This document shows, in pieces, positions 18,202 to 29,102 of a stretch of DNA of 64,000 nt. The stretch covers positions 1 through 64,000 of IMG/VR virus record IMGVR_UViG_3300008113_004623. The stretch is one strand, 5' to 3'. This stretch comes from a virus. Below the pieces are notes generated by a model. That model worked only from the letters and a program-made list of their open reading frames with translations, was not told the origin of the DNA and searched no databases. The position numbers and the translations under genes are program-made. Position 1 is the stretch's first letter; each line of letters starts with the position of its first letter.

Positions 18202-20214
18202 ATGTATTTAGACAGTCCTGAATTTCTAATCAACGTTAAACGACTTCCAGACGCAGAGTCTGATGAGTACACTGCGTTTTGGCAGAACGAGGACAAGAAA
18301 ATCAATGAAGGAGTTACTATCAATGGATTTTATTTTTCGCCATTTATCTATTGGCATTTGAATTTTGGCGCATTATATATTGACGAAAAAGTTGGTAATC
18401 GGAATATTAGAAAACTAGGAAAGCCCCAATTATGGGACACTTACCTAGAAGTAGATGATGCAATCTACCGAGCCGAGACCCATTCAGAAGGAAAGAAAGG
18501 GTTAGTTATTGTAGGTAGTCGACGTATCTCAAAAACTATTTTAACTTCTTCGTACATTGCGCACAAAGCAATCACACTTCAGGGAGGAGACAATTTGATA
18601 TCAGCTCTAAACCAACCCGACTTGAATAACACCACTCAAGCCGTAGATTTGATATTAAGAAACCTCCCTGATTATTTTAGATTCCCCCGTATTGAAGATG
18701 ACTGGAAGCGTCAAGTAACTCTTGGTTACAAAGACAAGAAAACCAACGCACGACACGAGTGGTCCAAGATACACGTTAGAAACTTTGACGAAGGCAACAA
18801 CACGGAAGCAGCGGCAGGTCTTACCTTATCTTCGTTTATGCTTGAAGAAGCAGGTAAGGGTAGAATCCTAAACTGCTTGGCTGCGACTATTCCTTGTTTT
18901 GACTCACCGTATGGCTGGCGTTGTTCTCCTATTGTAATTGGAACATCGGGAGACATGACGAAAGCAGGAGACTTAGAGGAACTCTTCAATAATCCAGACG
19001 CTTATAACTTTCTTCCTGTAGCTGTAGAAGAATCAGGTAAGTCTTATGGCTTGTTTGTTCCAGGAACTAAATCACTTAAAGTTCCAAAAGAACCAACGCC
19101 TCTTGGACTTTATTTAAAAAAAGAAGAACCCTCCGAATTAGACAATATTACTATTTGGGTAGCTGACCAAGAAAAAGGTCACGAAATGATTATCAAGAAC
19201 AGAGAGCAAGTAAAGAAAGCTTCTGGTCTTGAAGCCTACCTAAAGGAAGTAATGTACTACCCACTCACGCACGAGGAGTGTTTTATGGAAATGTCGCAGA
19301 ACATTTTTCCTGTAGATCTTTTACAAGAACAACTCCAAAAACTAATAGCCAACGAAGTACGTGCAGATTTTGTAGAATTGTACGTAAAGCCTGATGGAAA
19401 GATTGCCCATAAGTTTACCGATAAAAAACCCGTAGAAAACTTCCCTACAAAGCCCGCAGACAACTTAGAGGGCGTGGTTCAAATCTGGGAATATCCTGTA
19501 CTAGATGCACCTTATGGTTTATACACAGCAGGAACTGACCCATATAAACAGTCACAAGCCCAGTACTCTACATCTTTGGGATCAACCTATATTTATAAGC
19601 GAGTACATAATATTTCTGGAGAGGGATGGCAAAACATTGTAGTTGCTTGTTATACAGGTCGACCTAAAAAGATTGAGACGTGGTATGAAACAACCAAGAA
19701 TCTTTTGAAGTTCTACAACGCCAAGACTTTGTGTGAAAACATGGACTATGGTTTTATTCAACACTGTGTTGAGAAGAACGAAGGTCCTCGTATTCTAGAA
19801 CGTACTCCCTCTTTCTTAACAGACATCCACCCCAACTCAATGGTAAACCGTGACTACGGTATCCACATGACTAAGGAAATCAAAGCGTACTTATTGGGTC
19901 TAATCATTGAATACATAACCGAAGTAATTGATGTAGAAAGAGATTCTGACGGCAATATTGTAAAAGAAAGACTAGGCGTAACAAGAATCTTAGATCCTCT
20001 TTTAATAAAAGAATTAATAAAATATACACCAAAACTCAATGTTGACCGTATTATTGCATTTGGTTTGACGCTTGCTATGACTAGAAGTCTTGCGAACAAA
20101 GTTGTCATTCATAGCAACACGGAAGATGATAGGATTCGGGAATATTTTCAAACCAAAAAAATTGCTAGTCCATTTAGGTCTGGCTCCTTAACACCATTTT
20201 CAAGATTTAGATAA
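18202..20214 (+). CDS. terL: terminase large subunit
   Basis: Walker A-like GSRRISKT, Walker B MLEEAGK, VIGTSG, nuclease AGTDPY and NVDRI. Confidence 0.92.
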   Translation: MYLDSPEFLINVKRLPDAESDEYTAFWQNEDKKINEGVTINGFYFSPFIYWHLNFGALYIDEKVGNRNIRKLGKPQLWDTYLEVDDAIYRAETHSEGKKGLVIVGSRRISKTILTSSYIAHKAITLQGGDNLISALNQPDLNNTTQAVDLILRNLPDYFRFPRIEDDWKRQVTLGYKDKKTNARHEWSKIHVRNFDEGNNTEAAAGLTLSSFMLEEAGKGRILNCLAATIPCFDSPYGWRCSPIVIGTSGDMTKAGDLEELFNNPDAYNFLPVAVEESGKSYGLFVPGTKSLKVPKEPTPLGLYLKKEEPSELDNITIWVADQEKGHEMIIKNREQVKKASGLEAYLKEVMYYPLTHEECFMEMSQNIFPVDLLQEQLQKLIANEVRADFVELYVKPDGKIAHKFTDKKPVENFPTKPADNLEGVVQIWEYPVLDAPYGLYTAGTDPYKQSQAQYSTSLGSTYIYKRVHNISGEGWQNIVVACYTGRPKKIETWYETTKNLLKFYNAKTLCENMDYGFIQHCVEKNEGPRILERTPSFLTDIHPNSMVNRDYGIHMTKEIKAYLLGLIIEYITEVIDVERDSDGNIVKERLGVTRILDPLLIKELIKYTPKLNVDRIIAFGLTLAMTRSLANKVVIHSNTEDDRIREYFQTKKIASPFRSGSLTPFSRFR

Positions 20215-20222
20215 CTACTACT

Positions 20223-22667
20223 ATGATAATCGAAGCTTTAAAAGAATACAATGATCCGCTAAATCATGCGTATTTTTATCCTCGACAGTTTATATCTCGC
20301 AAAGAAAAAAGCAGCGAGCAATTTATCAAGTCTACTTTAGACTACTTTGCTAATATTGCTTTTGCACAGTATAAACAGAATATAACCTTTAGGAAGAACT
20401 ACCGCTTATTTAACGGTGAATTTAACTTTGAAGACTATGTAAATCAACCAGAGTACAAAGAGATTATTGATTATCTAGCTGATGTACCTGACCAAGAGCC
20501 AGAGATACCTCAGTACCTAAAACACTACTCTATTGTAAATCCTCCAATTAACCAATTGAAGGGTGAATTGATTAATCGTCCACACAAGTATAAAGTAAAG
20601 GCTGTAGATGATGCAGCTGTAGACGAAGTAATTGACTTTAGAACTAATCTGTTAAAGGAATACTTTTTAAATCAACTAAAAAGCAAATTAGAAGGTACTC
20701 CTATTTCTGAGGAGGAATTATCTGCCCAGGAACAAGAAATCCAAAATAAAATTTTAGACTACACTTCTGTAGCGGAGGAGTGGGGTAATAAAACTTTAAA
20801 TGCACTTAAATATCATTTTAACTTTAAGGAAAAATCTCAGCAATCTTTCCTAGACTTTTTGATTACTGGAAAAGAGTTTCACCATTTCTATCCAGATAAT
20901 TCTCGCGTAGGATTTAACTATAAAGTAGAGAACCCATCAAACGTATGGTATCTAGCTAATCGTAATGCTATTTACACAGACGACTGCTGGGCAACAGGTA
21001 CAATTGAAGTTCTTTCTGTTTCTGAAATTGTATCCCGTTACCAATTAACTGGAGAAGAAATTGAGCATCTTGAAACTCGAGCTATTCAAAACTTACGCAA
21101 CAACGAATACTCTCCTTTAGCCCCTGCACTTCCAAACCCCAACGATCCTTTGTGGCAGCTTACCTTTGAAAACGTAGGTGACTTTGCTAATGGAGGTATT
21201 GACCATAACGTATTCTCATTTAACTCCCAGCACGCTTTCACAGTAGTTACTTGTTACTGGCAATCTAAGAAACGCATCTACAAGAGAACCTATTTAGATG
21301 AACAAGGTTTTCAGCAGGAGATGTTTGTTAACGAAGATTACAAATTTGACAAGCGTATGGGTGATGTTTCCTTAGAGGAAATCTGGATTAACGAATGGTG
21401 GAGAGGTATTAAGATTGGCGCAGACATTTACATTAATGTAGAGCCTTTAGAGTATTTACAGACCAGCCCTATTGTTGGGGTAATTAACACTGCTAGAAAC
21501 ACTCAAGGTAAGTCTTTCTTAGATTTATTAAAACCTTACCAAATTCTTTATAACATTGCAATGAACCAATTGTGGGAGTTGCTAGAAAAAGAAATTGGTG
21601 TTGTGTTCTTAGGCGACTTAAAAGTTGTTCCAAAAAAGGATACTCAAGATCCTATTGAGATGTTACTATGGAACGCAAAGAATCGTGGAACTTTATTTAT
21701 TGATACGTCTATAGAGAATACGGGAGGAGCTGTACAGTTCAACCAAATGACTCGCGTAGACTTGTCTCGTTCTGCTGAGATTCAAACTCGTATCCAGTTA
21801 GCGCAGACATTAAGAAACGAAGCCTATGAATTAATTGGTATAACTCGTCAACGTTTAGGAGGAACTCAACCTTCTGAAACAGCTACAGCTACCAACAATG
21901 CAATGATTCAATCCTTTGCACAAACAGAAACTTGGTTTGCTTGGCACGACACTATTCTACAGAAAGTTTACCAAACTATCTTAGATGTTACTCAATACAT
22001 AGAATTACAGAAGCCTACTTCTACCTTGAATTACTTAAACTCTGAATTAGAGAGTGTATTCCTTCAAGTTACAAAAGATGAGTTGCTTCATGAGTTGTTT
22101 GTGTTTGTTACATCTTATGCAGAAGATAAAGCAACTCTTGACCAGCTTAAACAATTGGCACAACCTGCTATGCAGAACGGAGCTGAGTTGATTGAGATGT
22201 TAGATTTATTTACAGCGTCTTCTGAGAGAAACTTACGTAAGACATTACAAGACGTACAGAAGCGTAAACAAGCAATGATGGAGCAACAGAACCAGTTGAA
22301 GCAACAAGAGCTAGCTCAACAGCAAGAACAATTCCAAGCTAAGATGCAGATGGATGCTGCTGAGAAAGCTGAACAGGCTCGTCGTGAGGATATGAACAAA
22401 GAACTAGACAGACAGAACCGCTTAGAAGTTGAAAAACTAAGAGGTATTGCAAATGAAGGTTCGTTCAATCCAAATGCAGATACAACTGATTTGTTAATAA
22501 AGCAGACTTCATTATCTCAACAAATCTCTAGAGATGCTTTTGAAAAAGCCAACAAGCGTCAACAGAACTCTTTAAAATCAAGAGAACTTGACCTAAAAGA
22601 GAAGGAGATTGATACCAACTTAGAGATAGCAAAAACTAATAAAAATAAGTACGATAGAAAAAAGTAA
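20223..22667 (+). CDS. portal protein
   Basis: 814 aa directly after terL; LIGITRQRLG, ETATATN and a C-terminal coiled coil, as in crAss-like portals. Confidence 0.88.
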   Translation: MIIEALKEYNDPLNHAYFYPRQFISRKEKSSEQFIKSTLDYFANIAFAQYKQNITFRKNYRLFNGEFNFEDYVNQPEYKEIIDYLADVPDQEPEIPQYLKHYSIVNPPINQLKGELINRPHKYKVKAVDDAAVDEVIDFRTNLLKEYFLNQLKSKLEGTPISEEELSAQEQEIQNKILDYTSVAEEWGNKTLNALKYHFNFKEKSQQSFLDFLITGKEFHHFYPDNSRVGFNYKVENPSNVWYLANRNAIYTDDCWATGTIEVLSVSEIVSRYQLTGEEIEHLETRAIQNLRNNEYSPLAPALPNPNDPLWQLTFENVGDFANGGIDHNVFSFNSQHAFTVVTCYWQSKKRIYKRTYLDEQGFQQEMFVNEDYKFDKRMGDVSLEEIWINEWWRGIKIGADIYINVEPLEYLQTSPIVGVINTARNTQGKSFLDLLKPYQILYNIAMNQLWELLEKEIGVVFLGDLKVVPKKDTQDPIEMLLWNAKNRGTLFIDTSIENTGGAVQFNQMTRVDLSRSAEIQTRIQLAQTLRNEAYELIGITRQRLGGTQPSETATATNNAMIQSFAQTETWFAWHDTILQKVYQTILDVTQYIELQKPTSTLNYLNSELESVFLQVTKDELLHELFVFVTSYAEDKATLDQLKQLAQPAMQNGAELIEMLDLFTASSERNLRKTLQDVQKRKQAMMEQQNQLKQQELAQQQEQFQAKMQMDAAEKAEQARREDMNKELDRQNRLEVEKLRGIANEGSFNPNADTTDLLIKQTSLSQQISRDAFEKANKRQQNSLKSRELDLKEKEIDTNLEIAKTNKNKYDRKK

Positions 22668-22716
22668 AGGCTAAATGTACACTTTAGCTATAATAATCAC
22701 GACTTTTTTTAACTTA

Positions 22717-22746
22717 TTGAATTAATTTTTTTAAATATTACTTTTG
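22717..22746 (+). promoter_or_regulatory. promoter of the scaffold-capsid operon
   Basis: TTG(22717)-N19-TACTTTTG(22739-22746). Confidence 0.65.
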
Positions 22747-22766
22747 AAATAACCAAACCAACCTAT

Positions 22767-23933
22767 ATGATCACAAATGACAATCCACTAGAGAGTCTAG
22801 AGTTCTTAGATTTATTATCCGCAGATGACCCAATTGATTCACCTGCTTATGATCCCAACAAAAATATCGCTCCCGATATTTTATCTGGCCAACCTCTAAC
22901 ACCTACCGATGATGTTTTAGACGACGAAGAGGAAGAAGATGAAACTCCTACTCCTCCCGCACCAAAAACACCACCAGCTAATGAGCCTCCTGCTCCATCA
23001 GATGAACCTGATGATGAACCAGAGCCTTTAGAAGAGGAAGAAGAAGATGACGATATTAACTACTTTGCTACTTTCGGTAAAGGATTAATTAAAGCAGGTA
23101 TGCTAGAACTTGAAGAAGGAGAAGATCCTGAGCAAGTAGAGTGGACTGAGCAGACTTTTTTAGATAAAATGGAACAAACCATTGAGAAGAAAGCTTGGGA
23201 TACTTTAGAAAGCATAGCAATGGAAACGTATGGCGAAGCTGGAGTTAAACTTGTTGAAGACTTATTTATTAATAAGGTTCCAGTCAACGAATACTTAACT
23301 ATGTTCCGCAACGAAGAAATTGTTTCTAATATCAACCTAGAAAACGAAGGCAACCAAGAAAGAGTACTTCGTTTATACTTAGCTAAGACTGGTATGGAAG
23401 AAGAAGAAATCGAAGATCAGATTGCTTATGCAAAAGATAACGATAGACTTGCTGCCTACGCTAAGAAATACCACGGTAAATTATTAGAAAGAATGGAACT
23501 AGAGCGTCAGACTATGGCTGAAGAAAGTGCAGCTAGAGTGCAAGCAGCTCAACAAAAAGAACAAGAGCGTCAACAAACTTACGCTTCTGTTTTAGAAAAA
23601 TCCATTAAAGAAGGATCTATTGAAGGTTATCCAATTAATGAAAACTCTGCGGGAGAATTGTTTGACTTTGTTTTATCTAAGTCTGTACAATTACCCAACG
23701 GTCAAAGGATAAGTGAGTTTGAATACAAACTTGCTACCATGCGTCAAGAGGATCCATCTAAATTTTTAGCTGTAGCTAGACTAGTTCAAAACAACTTAGA
23801 TCTAACTCCAATTAAAAAGAAAGGTGTGTCTGAAGAAACAAACTCAATTTTTAACGAATTGAGAACCAAAAACAAAAAGCCCGCCAAGAGCAGTAGGTCT
23901 GATCAAGACGTATTCTCTAGGTACTTTAAATAA
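22767..23933 (+). CDS. putative capsid scaffolding protein
   Basis: very acidic Pro-rich N-terminus and helical C-terminus; lies between portal and MCP. Confidence 0.7.
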   Translation: MITNDNPLESLEFLDLLSADDPIDSPAYDPNKNIAPDILSGQPLTPTDDVLDDEEEEDETPTPPAPKTPPANEPPAPSDEPDDEPEPLEEEEEDDDINYFATFGKGLIKAGMLELEEGEDPEQVEWTEQTFLDKMEQTIEKKAWDTLESIAMETYGEAGVKLVEDLFINKVPVNEYLTMFRNEEIVSNINLENEGNQERVLRLYLAKTGMEEEEIEDQIAYAKDNDRLAAYAKKYHGKLLERMELERQTMAEESAARVQAAQQKEQERQQTYASVLEKSIKEGSIEGYPINENSAGELFDFVLSKSVQLPNGQRISEFEYKLATMRQEDPSKFLAVARLVQNNLDLTPIKKKGVSEETNSIFNELRTKNKKPAKSSRSDQDVFSRYFK

Positions 23934-23953
23934 AAACATAATTTAAAATAACT

Positions 23954-25498
23954 ATGCCAAATCAAAACATTCCAAGAGTCAATGGGCGAGTGATAGCCAA
24001 CGCCCACATGACTAGTTCTTACTATTCCAAAAATGGTTTGAACAAACTTACCGACAAGAACTTTGTCGAGACCATGTTGCGTACTAAGCCCGACCAGTAT
24101 GACAAAATGATGATTCGTTTGTTTACAGACACTAAACTGTATTCAAATGATTTGATCGATCTTGTTATGAAGTCTGGCAAGCCTTTCATGGTAAACGATC
24201 CTAACGGTGTTTTCACCTACAAAATTAAGAAGCGTGCTGAACTTCCTAAAGTTGTTGCTGCTTACTCTGCTGGTACTACTTCAGCTTTGCCTGCAAAGCC
24301 TGGTATCGACGGACAAGAATTTGATGTAATTTTTGACAAGCAAGTATTTGCTGTTAACGATATCATCACTTCTCACCGTTACGAGCAAGAGGTTCAAATT
24401 CAGATTGTGTCTGAAGGTGAGCGTTTCCAAAATGCTTTCCGTTACCGTTGCCGTGCCGCTGGTGCTAACTCTGCTGATTTCGTAAGCTCTCGCTTCTTGA
24501 CAGTAGGGGTTGAGTACTTCAAAGTTGGTAACGTATTGGGTGAGTTCTCTACCAGCTTCTCTGGTTTAGGCTTGTTCGATGGTCACTTGGAAGTTATGGC
24601 TGATGTTCTTAACCAATATGGTGTAGAGCACACTATCACTGACTGGGCTGATGCTACCAAATTAGGTGCACAAACTGATGCTTCTGGTAATCCTTTGGAC
24701 ATCACTTACTACTCTGTAACTGATCCTATGGCTGAAGGTGAGAAAACCAAAATCGTTGGTTGGGAACCTACAGTATCTAGATTGCTTCGTATGGAGATGT
24801 TGCGCATGCGTGCAAACATGTTGATGTGGGGTCGTCAAGGTAATACTAAAGATGAGAAGGGCCGTCCTACTCGTTTGAAGCCAGGTTTGTGGCAGCAGTT
24901 GCACTTGGGTAACGTTATCTACTACGATCGCGGTCAGTTCAGTTTAAACTTGTTGCGTTCTGCAATTGGTGACTTGTTCTACAACCGTGTTAAAGTAGCT
25001 GATCGTTACGTTAAAGTATACACTAACCGTGCAGGTATGGAGTTAGCTTCTTCTGCAATGCGTAAAGACTTCAACAACTCTAACTTCATGTTGTCTGCTG
25101 ACAAATTCATGGATGGTAAAGATCGTTTGAAGCAAGGTTACGCTTTACAGTTTGACCACTTCATGACTACTGAGACTGGTCCAGTTGAGTTCATTGAACT
25201 AGAGCAATTGAACGAGCATGCTACTTTCTTAGAGTTAGGTCCTAACAAGAAAGTTCCACCAATTTTCATCATCATGGACGTGAGCAACGAAGGTGGCTCT
25301 AACATCCGCGAGGTGAAATTGTCAACTCGTCCTAACATGTACTATCAGTACATCCCTGGTTCAGTTGGTTTCGGAAGCCAGCAGACTGTAATTGCTAACA
25401 AAGATCCTTATAGCACTTACATCATGAAAGACTTCTGCGGTATCTTCTTGGAAGATCCAACCAGAACTGTAATCATTAAAGAATACCCACGCCTCTAA
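23954..25498 (+). CDS. major capsid protein
   Basis: 514 aa; strongly biased codons (TTC/AAC/CGT/GGT); LMWG, PGLWQQL and GIFLEDPTR motifs; synteny. Confidence 0.88.
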   Translation: MPNQNIPRVNGRVIANAHMTSSYYSKNGLNKLTDKNFVETMLRTKPDQYDKMMIRLFTDTKLYSNDLIDLVMKSGKPFMVNDPNGVFTYKIKKRAELPKVVAAYSAGTTSALPAKPGIDGQEFDVIFDKQVFAVNDIITSHRYEQEVQIQIVSEGERFQNAFRYRCRAAGANSADFVSSRFLTVGVEYFKVGNVLGEFSTSFSGLGLFDGHLEVMADVLNQYGVEHTITDWADATKLGAQTDASGNPLDITYYSVTDPMAEGEKTKIVGWEPTVSRLLRMEMLRMRANMLMWGRQGNTKDEKGRPTRLKPGLWQQLHLGNVIYYDRGQFSLNLLRSAIGDLFYNRVKVADRYVKVYTNRAGMELASSAMRKDFNNSNFMLSADKFMDGKDRLKQGYALQFDHFMTTETGPVEFIELEQLNEHATFLELGPNKKVPPIFIIMDVSNEGGSNIREVKLSTRPNMYYQYIPGSVGFGSQQTVIANKDPYSTYIMKDFCGIFLEDPTRTVIIKEYPRL

Positions 25499-25515
25499 TC
25501 TAGGCGGTCTCTGAC

Positions 25516-25537
25516 GGGGGAGCCTTAAAACTCCCCC
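25516..25537 (+). terminator. GC hairpin after MCP
   Basis: GGGGGAG-CCTTAAAA-CTCCCCC with a weak U-tail. Confidence 0.5.
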
Positions 25538-25575
25538 ATTAGGGATAATAGATTAAAAAACAAAAAAAACCAACC

Positions 25576-26514
25576 ATGACTAAAGACATATTAAAGGGAG
25601 TACGTATAATCCGCCCTTACAAAAAAACGATCTCTAATCCACGTACATTAGAAGGATCACTGGCCCAAAACGGCTACAACTTTATCCCAGGAACTGCTCG
25701 TAAGTTTTACCCAAGAGTAGATTCTAGAGGGGTGATAAGAACAGGACTCGATGAAAACTCTCCAAAGTTGAAAGGAATCCTGGACTTAAAAACAAGGGAA
25801 CAAGAAACTGCACGAGTTAAGCAATTGAAAGAGTACTACGAATCTTTGCTTGACGAATCACTTGAGCCCAACAGCACGTTCTATGAAGAAATAAAAGAAA
25901 ATGGAATTAATCTCGAAGATGGAGATAACATTTTTAACATGGAGAATCCAAGAGACGCAGTAAATTTTTACTGGTTAATGGAGACAGAAATGGTTGCACC
26001 TAGTTTAGATGCAATTGAGTCTGGCGAAATTGATGGGTCTATGGTAAGATTCTACGTGTTTGATGGTACTGTCGAGACTAAGACTACATTTGAGCGCAAG
26101 AAGCGTATTAACAGTGCGATTGCGGCTTTGGATAAAATGAGCCAAATCAAACGTAAAAAAGTACAAAAGCTTATCGGCTTAGGACTTGCTAATACGTCTT
26201 CCGAGGAAGAAGTTTATAATGCAATAGATGAATACTTACGTACACCATCTACCGCATTAGGACTTGATCCTATAGAAAACTTTATGAGAATCATGAATTA
26301 TAGTGATGACATGTTAGATGCTAAAGCTGTAATCAAGGATCTTATAGACACCAACATTGTTCGAGTAAAAGGCTCTGTTGTATACGAAGGTGAGCATGTT
26401 TGGGCTAAGTCACTAGAAGAGTTTGAGCTCTTTATGGTAGACCCCAAAAACACCGTAGAATACGAAGCTTTCAAAGACAAGTTAAAACAAAAGTTAAAGA
26501 TTAATACCTTATAA
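25576..26514 (+). CDS. conserved crAss-like protein downstream of MCP
   Basis: RTGLDE and L.DGDN.F.ME.P motifs; synteny. Confidence 0.65.
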   Translation: MTKDILKGVRIIRPYKKTISNPRTLEGSLAQNGYNFIPGTARKFYPRVDSRGVIRTGLDENSPKLKGILDLKTREQETARVKQLKEYYESLLDESLEPNSTFYEEIKENGINLEDGDNIFNMENPRDAVNFYWLMETEMVAPSLDAIESGEIDGSMVRFYVFDGTVETKTTFERKKRINSAIAALDKMSQIKRKKVQKLIGLGLANTSSEEEVYNAIDEYLRTPSTALGLDPIENFMRIMNYSDDMLDAKAVIKDLIDTNIVRVKGSVVYEGEHVWAKSLEEFELFMVDPKNTVEYEAFKDKLKQKLKINTL

Positions 26515-27230
26515 TGATACCTGTTCAAGAGTTGATATACGAGTTTAAGTTGATGATTAATAAAGTTAATCGTCAAGATAATGTTGATATTCCTATTGAG
26601 GATATCATCATCTATCTTAATCGTGCACAACTCTCTTGGATTAAAACAAAAATTAATCCAAACAATGTATACAAGACAGGGTATGAGTCTATTCGGAAGC
26701 GGATTGATGACCTACAAGTTTTAAAGGTTTCCAATCTTCAACTTCCTGTTACAAAATCGAATGATTCTTATCTAATTGGGTATGAGTGCCCATTAGACCA
26801 AGCACCAGATTATATGTTCTACGTATCAAGTCATTGTTTAGCTAGCAGAAAAAAATGCGAAAAAAACCTTGGTATTGATTTAGTAAAACAAGGAGACATC
26901 CGCACTATGTACTTTGATTCAAACTTTAGCCCTTCATTTGAGTGGAGAAGCACACTGGCTACCATTGGCGATGATAAGTTGCATGTATATACTGCGGAAG
27001 AATTTACAGTAAAAGAAGTATATCTTACTTACTTACGTTACCCGAAAACTATTGATGTAGACGGTTACGAAAAGTTAGACGGTACACTTTCTCAAACTGT
27101 AGATTGTGAACTTCCAGGTTATACTAAATATGATATAGTAGATTTAGCTGTAAAATTTGCTGCTCAATCTAATGACAATCAAGCTCAGGCTGTTTTTGCA
27201 GAAGATAGAATTATTAAACACTCAGAATAA
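26514..27230 (+). CDS. tail ring/tubular (head-tail connector) protein
   Basis: YLNRAQ, GYESIRKRIDDLQ.L, YLRYP, CELP...IVDLAV. Confidence 0.75.
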   Translation: MIPVQELIYEFKLMINKVNRQDNVDIPIEDIIIYLNRAQLSWIKTKINPNNVYKTGYESIRKRIDDLQVLKVSNLQLPVTKSNDSYLIGYECPLDQAPDYMFYVSSHCLASRKKCEKNLGIDLVKQGDIRTMYFDSNFSPSFEWRSTLATIGDDKLHVYTAEEFTVKEVYLTYLRYPKTIDVDGYEKLDGTLSQTVDCELPGYTKYDIVDLAVKFAAQSNDNQAQAVFAEDRIIKHSE

Positions 27231-27242
27231 AAATAAAATAAC

Positions 27243-28559
27243 ATGAATCACAAAATCACACAAGTATTCGTCCCTACCTCAGTAGATACTTCTCTAGGTA
27301 CCGACGGATTAGGAAAACAAGTGATGGGTATTTACAACCCTAGCACTTATGCTAACATTGGTGGTACTGCAGCTGATGCAGACTTCTTGGTAGCTATCGG
27401 TTCTGCTGCTGTAGGTAGCAAATACGGTTCTTTCAAAAGTTCCCCCATCAAATTGTCTAACATCATCTCTACTCGTAAAACTGTAGCTGATACTACTGTA
27501 CAACAGCAGATCACTTACATCGGTTACGATGAGGTTAACGATTCTAAGTCTCCCGTATTTGGTTGTGACGAAGAGTACACTTTAACCATCAAGATTGATG
27601 AGTATTGGTCTAAAGGCGTATTCCAGCCTATGATTCAGGAATCAGTACGTGTTAAAACCACTTGCTGCACTGAATGTGGCGGAAACTGCGACGCTTTAGG
27701 TTGCTACCCATTCATGATTGAATTGGTAAACAAAGTGAACAACAATCCTTTGTTGAGCAAGTATGTAAGTGCTGCTATCGTAAACAAAGGTACTGCACCT
27801 ACTTACAAGTTCCGTTTGGTTCTTCCTGATCCTGGTACAGACCCAACTACTGCTGTACGTGCCGCTTATGCTTCTTATGTAGCAACTGCTGCTACTGACA
27901 TCGTAGTTACTTCTGACACCGACGGTGACGGTAACGACACTAACATCATGTATGAGTTGACTTCTAACGTAGCTGCTATCAATAGCGGTGCTCAGGAGTT
28001 ACCTCCTTACAATGGTATTGCTTGGGAAAAATTCGAAGCAACTGCTGGTTCTGTTACTGCTTGCGGTATCAAGTTAACTGGTAAAGCTTTGGATGCTTTC
28101 GGAAACGCTTGCGTTCCTGATGCAGTTCCTTACGTGTTCAACTTGGTTCGTTTCCAAGCTGTAGTTCACAAAGGTCCTTTCACTACTATGGATTTTGACT
28201 TGCCTTCAGATTGCGGAAACTGGTCTGTAACTAAGGTTCAAGACATCAAGTATCCTGTAGGTGTTGGTACTGCTATGGCCGAGTTCGAGCGTCACCACTT
28301 CACTAATAACTTGCCTGCTACTGCAGATGCTCGTTACTACTGGAATCCAATCTACAACGAAGATGCTAACCAGTACTTGTACGTTAACTCTTCTACCACT
28401 TATGACATGTACGAGATTACTTATTTGGAAGATTCTCCTGTAGGATTCGAGAATAAGACTCGCAACACTCATTCGTTGGTTGTATTGGCTGCTGCTGGTG
28501 TAACTGCTGCGGTAACTACTGCGTTGAACAACGTATTGCCTACTGCTCTCCACGTGTAA
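27243..28559 (+). CDS. abundant structural protein (auxiliary capsid/decoration)
   Basis: MCP-like codon bias; Cys cluster CCTECGGNC; synteny. Confidence 0.65.
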   Translation: MNHKITQVFVPTSVDTSLGTDGLGKQVMGIYNPSTYANIGGTAADADFLVAIGSAAVGSKYGSFKSSPIKLSNIISTRKTVADTTVQQQITYIGYDEVNDSKSPVFGCDEEYTLTIKIDEYWSKGVFQPMIQESVRVKTTCCTECGGNCDALGCYPFMIELVNKVNNNPLLSKYVSAAIVNKGTAPTYKFRLVLPDPGTDPTTAVRAAYASYVATAATDIVVTSDTDGDGNDTNIMYELTSNVAAINSGAQELPPYNGIAWEKFEATAGSVTACGIKLTGKALDAFGNACVPDAVPYVFNLVRFQAVVHKGPFTTMDFDLPSDCGNWSVTKVQDIKYPVGVGTAMAEFERHHFTNNLPATADARYYWNPIYNEDANQYLYVNSSTTYDMYEITYLEDSPVGFENKTRNTHSLVVLAAAGVTAAVTTALNNVLPTALHV

Positions 28560-28566
28560 TCTACTT

Positions 28567-28592
28567 AGGGGGAGATAACACTCCCCCTTTTT
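28567..28592 (+). terminator. intrinsic terminator
   Basis: AGGGGGAG-ATAACA-CTCCCCCT followed by TTTT. Confidence 0.7.
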
Positions 28593-28613
28593 AACCTTTA
28601 ACCCAAAAAATAA

Positions 28614-29060
28614 ATGAAAGATTTAATCTTAAAAACTGGAACATACGTAGAGTTAGTTACAAACAAGAACACCCAGAGTAAAGCTGTCCCTGGCGCTTCT
28701 TTGGAGAAGTTTGTAGTTAACCTATTGAAGAATCCAACTTGCTGTGCCAAGTTTGTTTCTTTATCTAAAGGTGTAGTTACTCAAAGTGGAAGTATTACAA
28801 CTGCTGTTACTCTTAACCAGCCTGCTGGTGAGATTACAACTGTAAGTGCTACTATTGCTGCAGGTGCTATGTCTACGTTTACGTTGAACAATAGCTTTAT
28901 TAAAGCTGATTCTGTAATTCTTGCTGTAGTAAATGATACTACTGGTTCTGGCTTAATTGCTGTACAAGTAGATAACATTGTAGCAGGTTCTTGCTCAATT
29001 TCTTTAGGAGGCGTTGTTGCAAACACTGGAACTGTAACTGTTGCTTTTGCAATTTTCTAA
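28614..29060 (+). CDS. small structural (head-fibre-like) protein
   Basis: VTQ..SITTAVTLN..AG.ITT...FTLNNS.I beta-sandwich pattern. Confidence 0.6.
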   Translation: MKDLILKTGTYVELVTNKNTQSKAVPGASLEKFVVNLLKNPTCCAKFVSLSKGVVTQSGSITTAVTLNQPAGEITTVSATIAAGAMSTFTLNNSFIKADSVILAVVNDTTGSGLIAVQVDNIVAGSCSISLGGVVANTGTVTVAFAIF

Positions 29061-29070
29061 ACAACTTAAT

Positions 29071-29097
29071 AGGGGAGAGAAATCTCCCCTTTATTTA
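29071..29097 (+). terminator. intrinsic terminator
   Basis: AGGGGAGA-GAAA-TCTCCCCT followed by TTATTT. Confidence 0.7.
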
Positions 29098-29102
29098 AAC
29101 CT

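Noticed and set aside
18202-25498. Introns or inteins in terminase, portal or MCP
   Set aside because: The ORFs are continuous and of ordinary size, with no intein or homing-endonuclease motifs seen.
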